Shown: positions 10,214 to 19,661 of the stretch, in pieces
How positions within the stretch are numbered: position 1 is the first letter of the stretch
Layout of the letters: each line of letters opens with the position of its first letter
IMG/VR virus record: IMGVR_UViG_2922690425_000004
Span: 1-64,000 of that record
Strand: one strand, 5' to 3'
Length of the DNA stretch: 64,000 nucleotides
Source: a virus
Taxonomy: Duplodnaviria > Caudoviricetes
The notes under the pieces: model-generated
Databases searched by the model: none
What the model saw: only the letters and a program-made list of their open reading frames with translations
Told to the model about the DNA's origin: nothing
Made by a program: the position numbers and the translations under genes

Positions 10214-11104
10214 TTATACGTAACGATAAGAACCTGAATACCGTCTCTTTCGAGATACTTTAACACTCAATTAAGAGTCGGAGTAGACTATACCATTATC
10301 CCATTAGGACACCCTTATTATAGTCGTTGAAGGTCTTCCTTTATAAGGAATTTCCCTGCTTGATTATTCATTGAATTCAACCCTTAGCACCGATATTCCG
10401 GCTTTTATTTCAGCATAGGTCATCTTCTTATTTTTTTCTGTCTTTCGACCACATTCACGTTTGTCGTTACCAACTGCGTTGTAGTATAAGAAGCTTTAGA
10501 ATTTTCCAGCAATTTAAAGGGTTTTCACCACATCATTACTGATATAGGGGGCTACTTAATTAACCCGTAACTTAAAGTTTTGTTTACCGCTTGAAGCATC
10601 TAATGGTACCGCGCATTGCAATGTCACTGTAGCATAATTACCTGCTGCATCTAACGGTGTACCGTTATTGGCTACACCAAGAATCTCTTTTGCTCCCGGT
10701 TTAAATGGTGTATCATAAACGGAACCATCCCAATTTTTTGTTGTGCTACCCGTTGTTCCAATGGGCTTAGATGCTATTTTACCAATCTTTGAACTATCTT
10801 GGTCAAGATCGGTTTCATTTAGAGAGTCCACTTGAGCGTGGAACCAATTGTTTTTGACTACTTCTACTACATTTCCTACGGTATCGCCTGTGCCACCTGT
10901 CATGTCTCTAGTGGTAATTGTGCAATCTTCCATTTTAGCTACATCTGTTTTGCCCGTTCCTTTTGCTGCATCGTATCGATTATTCCAAATATTAACGGTG
11001 ATGGGTGAGGATTTTGTATCTGCATCTATTACACCAAAATCTTGAGTTACAATTTCGGTTGCATGTGTAGAGTTAAACCACGTAATCACGGGTTGTTGAG
11101 CCAT
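10214..11104 (-). CDS. Phage tail/baseplate structural protein, spliced: join(11104..10563,10232..10214), 186 aa
   Basis: Exon 1 (542 nt) plus exon 2 (19 nt) is 561 nt in frame, ending QNFKLRVSYRYV*. Confidence 0.75.
10233..10562 (-). ncRNA. Group I self-splicing intron, 330 nt, no internal ORF
   Basis: Minus strand has P (AAATTGCTGGAAA), Q (AATCAAGCAGG), R (CTTCAACGACTA) and S (ATGGTATAGTCT) in order. 5' junction GGGT|TAATTAAG resembles T4 td; terminal G at 10233; the IGS pairs with both exons. Confidence 0.9.
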
Positions 11105-11116
11105 TATGTATCACTC

Positions 11117-12268
11117 CTAAGTTCTAACTGTTATTGTTACTGTTAAATTTTGAATATTAATTCCATTCTTAATTGTGTTAACTCTAAAAAGATCTCCTGC
11201 GTTAACGGTCTTTGTTTTGATTTCTACTGATTTATCATCGAAATGCTTTAGTGCTTCAAAGTGAATCTTTTTATTCAAGATACTAGTCCAAGTATTTAAA
11301 TCTCGTGTTTTTTCTATGTCTAGTTCTGTTTCTGTATCTCCATATGTACCTAAGTAAGCCTTGATTTCTACGATCTCACCGTTGAAAGGAAAGGCTGCTA
11401 ATCCAAATGGTTCTACAAATACATAAGAATCCTTGCATAACACAATAACTCGATCTTGTACTTCTAATGGAATATCATTTACTTTTTCAAGCAACGCTAC
11501 CGTCATTAACCCATCTTTATCCTTACTAACTGGCTGAAGGTTGTCTCCAAACAGGTCAATTGGAATCCAGCGATTACCATCATAGCGATATCGGATGCCA
11601 TCTTTTGTAGTTTGAACTGTCCAACCAAGTTCGGGGTGAGGGTAGGTAGCAGTCAGTTCCTGCATATCTCTAACATAAGGTTTGAAAGCAAGTTTTGTTG
11701 TTTTATATGCATCTATCGCATTGTTAGCTGCATTGTTAGCTAAATCTGCTGCCTGATTGGCATTGTCTGCTGCTTTTTCTGCTGTAGTTGTAGCAACATG
11801 AGATTGTCTAATAATTTCTTCGAGTCTTCCAATTGCCAATTGAGTGTCGTTTAGCCGTTGATATGCTTCATCTACTATATCTTGCAGGGTTTTTACGATG
11901 TCGGGATGACGTTGTACCATTGCATAGATACGTGATGCAGGTTGCATGACTAAGCCTTTACCCATATAGCGACAAAGTTTAGTTGTACCTTCTAGGGAGG
12001 GATGGACTTGGATAGCTCCAGTTTGATATTGGACAAGAAACTCATTTTCGTTTAGATAGGGTCGATTTTCAAATACTTGTTGACTAATTTCAGTCATACC
12101 TGCAATTGATACACCGTGAGCAGAAGAAGGGAGTTCAAGCAAAGTTATTAAACCATTCAATACTACAAGTGAATCAGCACGAGATTTATACGGATCTTCG
12201 GGTGTCCCTTTGCGTGTAATCATTATTACGGGGTCATTTAACTCTAAATATGTATGTAGTTCTGGCAA
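11117..12268 (-). CDS. Baseplate/fibre-anchoring protein with Ala/Asn-rich coiled coil
   Basis: AEKAADNANQAADLANNAANNA stretch; YPHPELGWTV..YRYDG..W motif; tail operon. Confidence 0.5.
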   Translation of the reverse strand: MPELHTYLELNDPVIMITRKGTPEDPYKSRADSLVVLNGLITLLELPSSAHGVSIAGMTEISQQVFENRPYLNENEFLVQYQTGAIQVHPSLEGTTKLCRYMGKGLVMQPASRIYAMVQRHPDIVKTLQDIVDEAYQRLNDTQLAIGRLEEIIRQSHVATTTAEKAADNANQAADLANNAANNAIDAYKTTKLAFKPYVRDMQELTATYPHPELGWTVQTTKDGIRYRYDGNRWIPIDLFGDNLQPVSKDKDGLMTVALLEKVNDIPLEVQDRVIVLCKDSYVFVEPFGLAAFPFNGEIVEIKAYLGTYGDTETELDIEKTRDLNTWTSILNKKIHFEALKHFDDKSVEIKTKTVNAGDLFRVNTIKNGINIQNLTVTITVRT

Positions 12269-12279
12269 TATTTCACCTC

Positions 12280-12732
12280 CTAACTTGATATATTTATCTT
12301 TTCATTTCCAGTTTCGATAGTGGTATCTGTGTCCAGCATAGTTTTCACAGGTGAACCAATCATTGCAACAGCTTTACCATTATAGAAAACCTTAGCGCTA
12401 CCTCCTGAAACTTCACCTTCACCAGAGCCGCTTTTACCGGGAGAAACTGATTTAATGCTACCTCTGGGAGCTGATGGAGTAGGGTTGGCAACCCAATGTT
12501 CAGATGTTTTATCACCAACAGTAGCTATGGGTACATTATTTATAAAAATTTTATTGTCAGAGGAAACTACGCCTTCGACATCTGCATCGGTTGAACCATG
12601 ACCTGTATACCACCTTGTTTCTTTACCGCCATCACCATCGCTGTGTCTTTCACTCCATTCATAGGAGAATTTTACATAATCATTTTTGGTAGATAATTTT
12701 GTTGTTGAACCATTCAATGCTACTCCAGCCAT
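12280..12732 (-). CDS. PAAR-like spike-tip protein
   Basis: KIFINNVPIATVGD and GSAKVFYNGKAVAMIGS PAAR-type repeats. Confidence 0.7.
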   Translation of the reverse strand: MAGVALNGSTTKLSTKNDYVKFSYEWSERHSDGDGGKETRWYTGHGSTDADVEGVVSSDNKIFINNVPIATVGDKTSEHWVANPTPSAPRGSIKSVSPGKSGSGEGEVSGGSAKVFYNGKAVAMIGSPVKTMLDTDTTIETGNEKINISS

Positions 12733-12743
12733 ATATCACACTC

Positions 12744-13382
12744 CTAAATGCGTTTATATTGATATCTCCATTTAATATCTGCGTCTCCATCGACTTTGAA
12801 TACATTTTTCCCAACAGGCAGGTTTAAATAGTTGTCGTTGAAATCTTTGTATCTATACGTAACAGCAAGTGTGGTTTCAATATCTTGGCGTTCATTGTTT
12901 ACATACACTGTTTCCCCATCGACAAGCCCAGTAAACTTGAACTGTTCGTTATGATGAGATGTATTAGTCATGGTAAAATCACCGCTACCAACTTTTGTGA
13001 TCCATATTTCAGGTTGGCAGGGGAGGTCACCTTTGTTGTGAAACACAAGTACTGGTTGAAAATGTAGGGTTATATTAGGATCAAAGAAGGGGTGAATACT
13101 GTAATCTGTCGTTTGAATGATTGCACGAATACTTAATTTGGTATTGTAGAGAGGAGTGTCTTCATTTATTTCTGGTATTTCTCCACCGTTAACGCAGTTA
13201 CGCCATTCAGACCAATTGTATCCATCATCTGATTTGCGAGACTGAACAACAATAGTTGATCCTTCAGGCTGTGTCTGATTCCACGATATTTTGCTTAATG
13301 CACCGTCTGTAACAATTGGAATAGTGACGGTAGGATATGTATAAATGCCATTTTTATTTGTGAGCGAATTCCAAGTAGCCAT
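12744..13382 (-). CDS. Distal-tail (Dit) C-terminal-like protein
   Basis: NKGDLPCQPEIWI..GETVYVNNE..YLNLPVGKNVFKV resembles the Sipho_tail C-terminal domain. Confidence 0.6.
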   Translation of the reverse strand: MATWNSLTNKNGIYTYPTVTIPIVTDGALSKISWNQTQPEGSTIVVQSRKSDDGYNWSEWRNCVNGGEIPEINEDTPLYNTKLSIRAIIQTTDYSIHPFFDPNITLHFQPVLVFHNKGDLPCQPEIWITKVGSGDFTMTNTSHHNEQFKFTGLVDGETVYVNNERQDIETTLAVTYRYKDFNDNYLNLPVGKNVFKVDGDADIKWRYQYKRI

Positions 13383-13384
13383 AG

Positions 13385-14029
13385 TTATTCAATCTTCCCA
13401 TAGGGTCTAAAGTTAGATGCCACTCCAGCTTCTTTCCACTTCAGCATCTTATAACTAACCCATGAAGCATTCTTGTCATAGATTGTTTGACCATCTGCTA
13501 ATCCCCATGTAGGCTCAACGTCACCTGATTCACCAGCTTGGAGACATACATAAAATCGACCATTGTCAATGACAGGAAGAACGATATCATCTTTTTTATA
13601 TTGAGTAGTTGCTTGCCAAGTATTACTGCCTCGAACATCGCCAAATTCTATTTCTACTGACACTGGAAAGACTGGTTCAGTTAAGCCTGAATATCCTGTT
13701 TGAATACATTTATAAATATGTCCGTTATCTACAGTAGGAACAATTAAATCGCCATTGGTATATTGTTTGAGTTTTTGCCATGTTGGAGCACTTGTCCCTG
13801 AACGGGTGTTTACCCATCCGATATAGTCGCCAGATTTAGGCGTTTTCTTGTAGAATCGCTTTGCAATTGGATATGCCCCAGATAAAGGAAGGGAATCAAC
13901 ATAATCATCGCTATCATCATCTAATTTTTGAAAGTTGTCAGCTAATTCGTTTAAAGTATTCTCGATATCATCTGTTGCAAAGTTGGGCTTTTTAAGACCT
14001 AGTTTTGTTGTCGTTGTTGACATAGACAC
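13385..14029 (-). CDS. Tail appendage with two CBM5/12-like repeats
   Basis: TTKLGLKKP..ADNFQKLD fibre N-terminus; two WQ..QY..D.(I/V).P..DNG..Y.C.Q.G.SG..EP repeats. Confidence 0.55.
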   Translation of the reverse strand: MSMSTTTTKLGLKKPNFATDDIENTLNELADNFQKLDDDSDDYVDSLPLSGAYPIAKRFYKKTPKSGDYIGWVNTRSGTSAPTWQKLKQYTNGDLIVPTVDNGHIYKCIQTGYSGLTEPVFPVSVEIEFGDVRGSNTWQATTQYKKDDIVLPVIDNGRFYVCLQAGESGDVEPTWGLADGQTIYDKNASWVSYKMLKWKEAGVASNFRPYGKIE

Positions 14030-14042
14030 TCTCCTTTCTTAA

Positions 14043-14663
14043 TTAGTTTGAAATTTCATACCACTTCTTCCCACGAAATTCAGTCCACATTGTCTTATTA
14101 GGATTCAAGGTGAGCTTACCGTTTTCGATTATTACTTTATTTTTCTCGCCAGTAGTATCGTTCACCTGTACATCAAAAGGTTGATAGCGCCAATTGTAAA
14201 CTGGTGGATTATAAATAGAAGAGTAAGCGTAGGGAGCATCGCATCTAAAAGTAAGAGTGACATATCCTTGTCGCACACAATTATGAACCAGATTTATATC
14301 GTCCACACAAAGAGCATAATATATTTTTTCTGGATCATCTGAGAAGAAGAGAGGTTGATAATAAGATTGTTCAGTTAGCCACTTAGCAACTCCTCTAATT
14401 TTTACATCATCCCAAGTATCCTCAAAAGCGAACGACACATTAAACTTAAGTGGTTCTTTTTTTGTTTGTTGGAAATAGGGTTTATCTCTACCCTTGATAG
14501 ATACTTCATTTATGGATCGTGAAGCAGCGAATATTTCTTCTTGCATCCCAGACGACATATTCACGTTTACGATTCCATAGAAATCAGATTGGATGCCAGC
14601 ATAAGAAAAGTAGAGAGATTCGCGTATTGTAATATTGATCACCTCCATATTTAAATTGGGCAT
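14043..14663 (-). CDS. Distal tail protein (Dit), N-terminal part
   Basis: YFSYAGIQS..KWLT..PLFFSDDPEKIYYA..GYVTLTFRCDAPYAYS. True start may be ATT at 14633. Confidence 0.75.
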   Translation of the reverse strand: MPNLNMEVINITIRESLYFSYAGIQSDFYGIVNVNMSSGMQEEIFAASRSINEVSIKGRDKPYFQQTKKEPLKFNVSFAFEDTWDDVKIRGVAKWLTEQSYYQPLFFSDDPEKIYYALCVDDINLVHNCVRQGYVTLTFRCDAPYAYSSIYNPPVYNWRYQPFDVQVNDTTGEKNKVIIENGKLTLNPNKTMWTEFRGKKWYEISN

Positions 14664-14790
14664 AATAAAAAAGCCTTTGTGTATAAGGCTTTTAATAGGG
14701 GAGAAACACTATAAAATTGGGATTTTACGGACTATTCTCGTCTAAAAATGATGAGTTATTGAGGGATATTTCAAGTTGAAATAAGCCTAT

Positions 14791-15060
14791 CTAATTCACA
14801 CTCAATTCATCTAAAGTTTTTCGATATTTTTGTTGACCTTTTTTTAGAGATTTTAATACATTGTAAATAGAGAACTTTTTACTGGCATCATTAGGCTCAA
14901 TTATAGCGTATCCATTTCCGACATATTTAATAGTGTGATTGTTACGCAAATCAATAGATACATTCTTCTTTAACCTGTCTAGCATTTGTGAATCAGCATA
15001 TGGATTTGCTAATTGATGTCTACTTAGAGGTTGCTCATTACATCGAACATTACTCCTCAC
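14791..15060 (-). CDS. Hypothetical protein (accessory)
   Basis: GAGGTG SD upstream; 89 aa. Confidence 0.4.
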   Translation of the reverse strand: MRSNVRCNEQPLSRHQLANPYADSQMLDRLKKNVSIDLRNNHTIKYVGNGYAIIEPNDASKKFSIYNVLKSLKKGQQKYRKTLDELSVN

Positions 15061-15166
15061 CTACACACCTCATTTCTTTGGATCATACAGCACGAAAAAT
15101 GTGTAACTTTTGCTCAGTACTTTCTTTGGCATTGGCAACTCAATTTTCGTGTGATAAAATATAGTC

Positions 15167-15305
15167 AAGAAGCATATACTAAAAAAGAGTAGAGATGCGA
15201 CATCATCTCCACTCTAAAACAACAGCCGCTTATAAGGGCGGTGGCTGTGTTAACAAAGGCGTAGAAATAGACCGTTTACCTTTGCTTAGGGCGGTCTATT
15301 TCTTA
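15167..15305 (+). ncRNA. Antisense antitoxin RNA of a type I TA locus
   Basis: TTGGCA(15132)-17-TAAAAT(15155) promoter; internal hairpins; terminator AGAAATAGACCG..CGGTCTATTTCT overlapping the toxin stop. Confidence 0.7.
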
Positions 15306-15379
15306 TTGTGGAAAGAAAGTATTAGCACAACCAAAGTCGCAAATGAAATCATAAGCGTCAATGTTTGATATACCTCCAC
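15296..15379 (-). CDS. Type I toxin, holin-like (BsrE/BsrG-type), 27 aa
   Basis: MEVYQTLTLMISFATLVVLILSFHNKK; SD AAAGGAGGTG; GTG start; convergent sRNA. Confidence 0.8.
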   Translation of the reverse strand: MEVYQTLTLMISFATLVVLILSFHNKK

Positions 15380-15494
15380 AAGCATCACCTCCTTTGCAGG
15401 AGACTAGCCGACCGCCCATCTAAGCCTTTCCGTTGTTAGAGATAGTATAATATATCTTTACGATACGATAGAACTAACAATTAACTGCATGTCA

Positions 15495-16187
15495 TTACTT
15501 GTCAAAATAATAAGAAATCTTATATTCACCAGAGAAATTATCCACATCAAATGTGACTTTTTTATAGACAGGAGTACCCAACCCATTTGTTACTTGCATG
15601 TCATATAGAAAGCTAAAAGATCTCCCAAGCCGGTCATCTCTTACTACTATTTTACTGCTATCGTTCTCAAGAACAGTAAAGTGTTTGTTATCAAGGTGAA
15701 TCTCTTTCTCTTGCTCTAGAAATTCATCAAAAGTAGGGTATACTTCCTTCAAATACTTGTCATAATATTCTCTGTCATATGTTGTGACTTCATTTCCTTC
15801 ATACTCATAACTATCCTGTGTATTAACATACTTAAAATCTATTACATTTATATAGTCATCAAAACTCTCGCTTTTAAATCCACCCACATACTCTCCATGT
15901 TGTAAAGCTTTCAGATAATTATCTACTGTTGCTTTAGCTTTTTGTTCAGGAGTATTGAAATAAACTGTTATCACTGAGATTGCCAAGAAAAGTATCAAAG
16001 CAACTCCATATAATATTGTTCTTGGAGTTAACAATTTACTTTTTGGCGAATCAGATTGAATCAACTCATTTATCACATTCTCACTAGTATCTTCAGAAGC
16101 GCCACTTGATTCTTGTTTGGCTCCACATTTGTTACAATATAAACTTTCATCCTCTAGCGAACTATTGCAATTAACGCATAATTTCAT
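15495..16187 (-). CDS. Zinc-ribbon membrane protein (accessory; possible superinfection exclusion)
   Basis: CVNC..YCNKCG ribbon, one TM helix, extracellular domain; own promoter-like TGGTATAAT. Confidence 0.6.
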   Translation of the reverse strand: MKLCVNCNSSLEDESLYCNKCGAKQESSGASEDTSENVINELIQSDSPKSKLLTPRTILYGVALILFLAISVITVYFNTPEQKAKATVDNYLKALQHGEYVGGFKSESFDDYINVIDFKYVNTQDSYEYEGNEVTTYDREYYDKYLKEVYPTFDEFLEQEKEIHLDNKHFTVLENDSSKIVVRDDRLGRSFSFLYDMQVTNGLGTPVYKKVTFDVDNFSGEYKISYYFDK

Positions 16188-16277
16188 TTAAAATAGTCCC
16201 ACCTCTCAAATTATACCAATAGTTTACCATGTCTTGGGTAATGGGTCTATAGTATTATGAGAGAGATGGGGATAGGA

Positions 16278-16712
16278 CTAAATAAACAAAGCAACCTCTA
16301 GAGAAGTCGAATATTTTCCCCTTGATACATATGTGTCATAAATAAGTTCTGGATCATCCGTCTTGAAACGGTTGAGTTTGAAAGACTCCATAGGCTCTTG
16401 AAACAATTTCTCCAATGCTGCTAGTTTGTCTCGATAATAGTCATAAGTAAATGTTGCTCTGTCGGTGTAGCTATAAGCGTCAATACGTTCTTTCCTCATT
16501 AAAGTGAGAAGGGACAGTTCACTTATATTGAGCGTTTTACGTTCAAGAAACTCGTTGAGTCGTTCGACTGTGTTAAGCATAAATTTCATTTTGTCGATGA
16601 TGATAGTTGCTTTAGGTGAGATATCGAGAAAGTAACAGAGCTGCTCTAGTGTTAAGTTAGGATGATAGGGAACTTTCCGAGTTTGTACAGCAACAACATT
16701 TACGATAGACAT
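16278..16712 (-). CDS. Hypothetical protein co-transcribed with the Zn-repeat nuclease
   Basis: AAGGAG SD then ATG at 16712. Confidence 0.5.
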   Translation of the reverse strand: MSIVNVVAVQTRKVPYHPNLTLEQLCYFLDISPKATIIIDKMKFMLNTVERLNEFLERKTLNISELSLLTLMRKERIDAYSYTDRATFTYDYYRDKLAALEKLFQEPMESFKLNRFKTDDPELIYDTYVSRGKYSTSLEVALFI

Positions 16713-16736
16713 ATGTATCTTCTCCTTCAATTTGGA

Positions 16737-18278
16737 TTAAGATAGAGCAGGGGAGACAGGGACAGGTAAGATATTTAGTTGGGTGAGCTTTTCGTTTAGT
16801 ATTGATTCGATGTTGTCAAATTCGGTATACTTGATTCGTATCAATGGGATGTTATGTGACTCGCAATAGTTGTCTTTGATCTTGTCTTTCTTTTGTTGGA
16901 GCTTGAACGTTTTTATGCCACCAAAATATTCAATGGGTTCGTAGTGTTGCTTACCGTCGAATTCTATTAGACAAATAGGTTCATTGTAACCGTCAAATAT
17001 GGCAAAATCAAAGCGAAGAGCAATTTTGTGCTTACAATTAGGATTTGAATATTGCCTAATGAAATTAAGTGTACTAGAAGAAAGATAGTCTACTATTCTT
17101 GCTTCTCCTTTTTTTTCATTGATACATGGACATCTACTATCGCCTCTAATTAAGTTAGAAGGAGTAGGTCTATAAGTTCTTCCGCATGGAATATGAAGTA
17201 CATCGATTTTAGTATTTGCACCGAGATATTCCCCTATAACTTGATAGTCATCCCCAACAGTATTCAATAACTCTTCTCTAAATTCTTCTGTGGTTTTCTT
17301 TTCATTCTTGAAACAATTAGGACATCGGCTCCCATTTCTATTTTTAGTGCCAAGGAAGCTAGCAGGAGATACTAAATATTCATGTAAGCAAGTGTTATGT
17401 CTCATTTTTATTTTAATATTATTATTTAGGTATTCTCCTAGTACGGAATACTCATTTTCAACTAATGCAAATACTTCTTTTTTAAATTCATCGGTAGTCT
17501 TTTTTATTTTACCAAAGCAATGAGGACAACGTTTCCCTGCTATAAAATTCTGAGGTTCTGTAACGTACTCCTTATGGCATTCATTATGGATAAACTTTAT
17601 ATTTGTTCTAGCATTTTTGTAGTCCCCCAGAACATCATATTCACCGTGAGTCTTATCTCTGACATACTTTTTAAATGTGTCTGTTGTGTGATATTTAACA
17701 CCACCATGGCAGTGACTACACCGTGTTCCAGAGTTAAACACCGTAGGTGCCATATGGATTATGTTTCCACATGTGTTATGTTTGATTTTGACTTTCGTTT
17801 GACTATTAATAATATCATCCATTAATTCATATTCATTTCCCACTTTATCGAATATCTGCTCTTTAAAAGTGTCTGTAGTAAGAGGTATATTTTTAGCGCA
17901 CTTAGGGCATCTCTTACCAGACAAAAAGTTTGCTGGTTTCACTTCATAAATGTGACCACAATCCATATGTTTTACTTTTAATTTATGTTCATTCGTCACA
18001 TACTTTTCAAGAAAGACATAGTGTCTTCCTGTTAGTTCATACACTTCCTTTTTGAAAGTTTCATTTGTTTTTCTGTTCGATTTTTTACATATAGGGCAAC
18101 GTCTACCGTCAATAAAATGCCCTAACCTTACCTGTTGAACATTTCCACACTTATGATGTAAAACAGAAATTTTATCAAAAGCTCCGGTGTATTCACTAAC
18201 TAAACTGTATTCGGAATTTGTTATGTCTTTTATTCTTTGTGCTACAGTATCAGCACTTAATTTTTTAGCAATTTTCAA
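16737..18278 (-). CDS. Zinc-finger-repeat endonuclease: six ~63-aa HxxC..RCxxC-type repeats plus a C-terminal Vsr/DUF559-like PD-(D/E)XK domain
   Basis: Repeats visible; FDFAI..IEFDGKQHY..DKIK..LIRI. Promoter TTTACA-17-TATAAT (18344-18316) puts the start downstream of the track's 18350. Confidence 0.7.
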   Translation of the reverse strand: MKIAKKLSADTVAQRIKDITNSEYSLVSEYTGAFDKISVLHHKCGNVQQVRLGHFIDGRRCPICKKSNRKTNETFKKEVYELTGRHYVFLEKYVTNEHKLKVKHMDCGHIYEVKPANFLSGKRCPKCAKNIPLTTDTFKEQIFDKVGNEYELMDDIINSQTKVKIKHNTCGNIIHMAPTVFNSGTRCSHCHGGVKYHTTDTFKKYVRDKTHGEYDVLGDYKNARTNIKFIHNECHKEYVTEPQNFIAGKRCPHCFGKIKKTTDEFKKEVFALVENEYSVLGEYLNNNIKIKMRHNTCLHEYLVSPASFLGTKNRNGSRCPNCFKNEKKTTEEFREELLNTVGDDYQVIGEYLGANTKIDVLHIPCGRTYRPTPSNLIRGDSRCPCINEKKGEARIVDYLSSSTLNFIRQYSNPNCKHKIALRFDFAIFDGYNEPICLIEFDGKQHYEPIEYFGGIKTFKLQQKKDKIKDNYCESHNIPLIRIKYTEFDNIESILNEKLTQLNILPVPVSPALS

Positions 18279-18421
18279 CGCCTCCATCCGAACTTCAATA
18301 ATATCGAATAATGATATTATATTACGCCTAGTGTAATTTGTAAACCGCACTAAAGCAATTTTCTATCTTGCTGACTAAACTCTGTGTTAATATGGAACTA
18401 GAAACCTGAGGAGGATATTTA

Positions 18422-18646
18422 ATGATCAAGATTAAAATTTCAGAACAATTAGGAAAACATAAAATGACTCGTAAAGAGTTGGCTAAATTAACTGGTATTC
18501 GTGAAGGAACCGTTGGAATGTTATACAATGAAACGATAAAACGAATAGATGTCGAATGGTTAGATAAGTTATGTAAAGTATTTAATTGCACGTTGACGGA
18601 CATTATAGAATATGTTCCAGACAGCGAAGATCCGCAGAACGAATAG
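18422..18646 (+). CDS. Cro/C1-type HTH regulator (HTH_26/YozG-like)
   Basis: MTRKELAKLTGIREGTV..LDKLCKVFNCTLTDIIEY; divergent from the nuclease. Confidence 0.85.
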   Translation: MIKIKISEQLGKHKMTRKELAKLTGIREGTVGMLYNETIKRIDVEWLDKLCKVFNCTLTDIIEYVPDSEDPQNE

Positions 18647-18718
18647 ACTAAGTTAGAGTACATATAATTATTAGCTTCATATTTACAGACAAAAACAATT
18701 TAGAATATAAATAAATAA

Positions 18719-18746
18719 CAAAAGAGCCTCTAATAGGCTCTTTTTT
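18719..18746. terminator. Bidirectional terminator
   Basis: AAAAAGAGCCT-CTAAT-AGGCTCTTTTTT. Confidence 0.75.
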
Positions 18747-18765
18747 GTCTACTTATTTATTTTAA

Positions 18766-19500
18766 TTACATCATATAGGCTTCAAGTACAATATAATTTG
18801 AGCTTTTTTTGTCTAATAGATCAATTGGTCTTTGCCCGTCCTTATTTTTGATTTTAGCATTTGCTTTGTAAGTGATTCCAGTCAGTTCCCCTAAATAAAA
18901 GTTGTTTTTATTTAGGATTGCTTCGTGAAGCGGGGAATTCCCCATATTATTCAAAATGTTCACGTTCAACGCATTCTTCTTAATCACAAGGTATGTCGCA
19001 TAATCATTCTTACGAATTACCCAGTGCAAAATTGAATCTCCATTTTCATCCTGACTGTTAATCGTCAGCTCACCAGAAGCAATCGCTGCTGCAATCTTCT
19101 CGCTATCCAGTTTATCTCCTTTTGTGTATTGATCCACGCTAAAGGTTTTACCTCCTTGCTTAACCGCTGTTGTTGCTGGCTCAATTTTTGTGCTTGTTGT
19201 AGCTGATGGGGCAGAGGAGGGAGCAGGTGTTGTTCCATTGCTTTTCACTAGCTCAATTTTACCGCCACTAGCACTTGCTACATTATAGCCCATTGCTGAA
19301 GCTGTATCTCTAAGAGGAAGATAAGCTTTACCGTTCACATTGATTGGGCTGTCGCTCAATTTCGCTTGTTCTCCATCAACTATGATCTTTGTAGGTGTCA
19401 ATGTTGCTTTTAAATATGTACTTGCTCCTGCTACGCCACTAACTGCTACTGCAACACCAAATATTGCACCAGCAAGGAACGTTGGAATTCGCTTTTTCAT
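18766..19500 (-). CDS. Secreted protein with copper-amine-oxidase N-terminal (stalk) domain and ankyrin repeats
   Basis: Signal peptide; IIVDG..PINVNGKAYLPLRD; GDSILHW and GNSPLHEA ankyrin motifs. Confidence 0.75.
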   Translation of the reverse strand: MKKRIPTFLAGAIFGVAVAVSGVAGASTYLKATLTPTKIIVDGEQAKLSDSPINVNGKAYLPLRDTASAMGYNVASASGGKIELVKSNGTTPAPSSAPSATTSTKIEPATTAVKQGGKTFSVDQYTKGDKLDSEKIAAAIASGELTINSQDENGDSILHWVIRKNDYATYLVIKKNALNVNILNNMGNSPLHEAILNKNNFYLGELTGITYKANAKIKNKDGQRPIDLLDKKSSNYIVLEAYMM

Positions 19501-19661
19501 TGTATATCCTCCAATTATTCGATTAGCATATGATTTTACACATACTTACAATATATATCGGATAGGAGGGAGTGGAAGTTTATAGGAAACAGCCTTACTA
19601 GTTAAGAGATAATTCGTGATTAAACTGATTGCTCAGCTAATCCAAAATATCTTTTGATTAA

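Noticed and set aside
10556-11104. 182-aa ORF taken as a complete gene
   Set aside because: Its stop codon lies inside the intron's 5' end; the spliced form is better supported.
12280-12732. T6SS, eCIS or tailocin inferred from PAAR
   Set aside because: Complete head and packaging genes are present and no sheath was recognised; this is a phage tail.
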